DNA of 63,986 nucleotides from Gekko japonicus (lineage: Eukaryota), in NCBI RefSeq assembly GCF_001447785.1, contig NW_015170318.1, positions 83,181 to 147,166 on the forward strand, in the 5' to 3' direction. Positions 61,856 through 63,986 of the stretch are shown in pieces. The number at the start of each line of letters is the position of its first letter. Position 1 is the first letter of the stretch. The notes under the pieces were generated by a model that saw nothing but the letters and a program-made list of their open reading frames with translations, was not told where the DNA came from and ran no database searches. The position numbers were made by a program, and so were the translations under genes.

Positions 61856-63986
61856 CTTAAGCTCCTACCCTGCCACAGATCTGGTTAGTCTTTAAGGTTG
61901 TACTGGACCCTGGCACTTTTCTGCCACTACAGACAAACACGGCTACCCATCCTGAGCCATCACACTGGAACGTAAACCGGTTGACTATTGTGCCGTGTGA
62001 CCGTGTCCCTAAACACAGAGGGCGTGAATCAGGGCAATTCCCAACCGGATGACTAATAGGCAGCCAACCGCTCTCCCTCGCTGGAGGGCACCTCGTGATC
62101 CTGACAAGAGACGCCTCCGCTTGTAAACAGACCTGAGGCTGGAGCTGCCGTGACGTCATCTGCAGGTGCGACTTGTGGCTTTGGACTAAATGCTTTGGAA
62201 AAGACCTTCTCTGGTGGAAACGTCTGGACCGAAATGAGCCATCCAAGAACGTTCAGGCCACATTTGCCACTTGACAAAAACCTCACTAGTCCTCATGATG
62301 ACGGGACAGTGTGACAATTGGAGGAAAGCTCTGGCATTCGGTGACTCTCTGCGGCTTGGAAAGATCTCTGGCATTTCCTGTTCCTCCGCTTACCTGCTTA
62401 CCTGCCCCTCATAAGTATTCACTTCCCTCCTTCTGGATTCTTATTCCGTTTTCGTGGCCAGGGATGGTGTCAGAAGAGACAAGAGCATCTTTAAACCAGA
62501 GGTAGGTTTGGGGAACCGGGTGGGTGACCTGTACTTTTGTAATGCGGCTTCTTGTGCTACGACGGCAGGGTGGGAAGAACAGCAAAGTGCAGGATGCATC
62601 CCCCCCCCCCTTTTTACAAAAGGGAAGCTTATTATTATATTCATCCCCGCTCACAGATATACGTACTTTGGAGGATCTAATCCTCAGAATTTCTGTCAAA
62701 TTATTTTTCACAGCCCCCTCCAAAGCCTCCATTTTCTCCAGGGGGAACTGATCTCTGTAGTCTGGAGAGGAGCTGTAATTCCTGGGGATCCCCAGGCCCC
62801 ACCCGGAGGCTGGCATCCCTAGACTCAAAGCGCCTTAGATTATTGTCCTTCCCCTCCTCCATTTTCTCACACCAACCCTGTGAGGCAGGCCAGCCTGAGA
62901 GCTTGCAAAGGGCCCCAGGTCACCCGTGGTGGAGGAAGTGGGTGGGGATCCAAACCCAAGCCGCCCGGGGCCCTCCGTCCTCCCCTCCCCCCACCGCACC
63001 AGGCTGGCTCTCAGGAGCTGGACAGGCACCAGGGGTGTGTTGCCAGGGATGCCAGCCTCCAGGTGGGGCCTGGGGATCCCCCTGGGAATTACAGCTCATT
63101 ATCTCCAGACCACAGAGATCAGTTCCCCTGGAGAAAACAGAGGCTTTGGGGGGTGGCATCGTGCCCCACTGAGATCTCTTCATACATCATACACCAATGG
63201 TGGCGATAACATCGGAATTAGGAACCGCCCTTGGAAGTTCCGCCATGAATTGTATGGCACTGACATTGTGGGATTGGCTTGGACTATCTACTGGACAGCA
63301 TCACCCCCAAGGGAAGGATATAAGGAAGTGACCGATGCCATCAAAACCACTCAAAGGCCATCTTGTTTACAGAAAGCACTTTATTATTGTTATTAGTCAT
63401 GACTGTATTGTTTTATCTGGTTTTAGGTATGGGCTTATGCCCCTTGTAAGCCGCCCTGAGCCTGCTTGCGGGGAGGGCGGGGTAAAAATGCAAAAATAAA
63501 TAAATAAATTTTAAAAATTATGTATGCTGTGCCCCACGGAGACCCCTGTCCTCCCCAGGCTCCACCCCCAAGCCTCCAGGACTTCCTGACACAGGGTTGC
63601 CCACCTCCAGGTGACAGCTGAAGATCTCCAGCCGTCACAACTGATCCCCAGGTGCCGGGGATCAGTTCCGCTGGAGAAAACGGCTGCTTTCGAAAGTGGC
63701 CTCTATGGCCTTACGCCCCCACACCACACCCCTCCTCATGCTCCACCCTCGAAATCTCCAGGAGTCCCCCTTGCATGGATCTGGCAAGCTGCAACCAACG
63801 CTCCCTCTAAGCTGTGGAGTCTTGCGAGCAAAAATGCTACTTTGTGAGCTCCTGGCATTAAAGTGGTCAGCGAGCGATTCGGCTCCTGCATCAATCAGTT
63901 TGCCCTCCTTCCTGAGCGGAGACAAAAGTTTGTGAGCCGGAGGCTAAAAAACTGTGTGCTAACTCACGCTCACTCCGCTCAGCAGG

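Overview
Vertebrate, not prokaryotic, genomic DNA: a TE-dense squamate reptile locus (Sauria SINEs and Squam3-like SINEs; probably a gecko) with four assembly gaps. The genic content is a tandem cluster of secreted RNase A-superfamily genes. Each has a single coding exon, a signal peptide and the 6-Cys angiogenin/non-mammalian pattern. Gene 1 (10969-11400, -) and gene 4 (55441-55875, +) have open frames but lack catalytic Lys41 and His119 and look like sister non-catalytic paralogs. Gene 2 (26933-27379, +) is angiogenin-like with an intact triad. Gene 3 (43177-43608, +) has an intact triad and is extremely Arg-rich. Candidate TATA boxes with non-coding first exons can be read for genes 1, 3 and 4, and a weaker TATA-less one for gene 2; several carry myeloid/inflammatory motifs. 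A probable fifth, decayed RNase pseudogene lies near 59 kb (-). The rest is mostly nested TEs and local duplications: a Gypsy remnant with a -1 frameshift signal, solo LTRs, L2/CR1/L1/RTE fragments, hAT/Harbinger/Tigger MITEs, Penelope-derived palindromes with hammerhead-like cores, and tRNA- and 5S-derived SINEs. All family assignments come from motif recognition by eye; no database search was run, and TE boundaries without TSDs are approximate.
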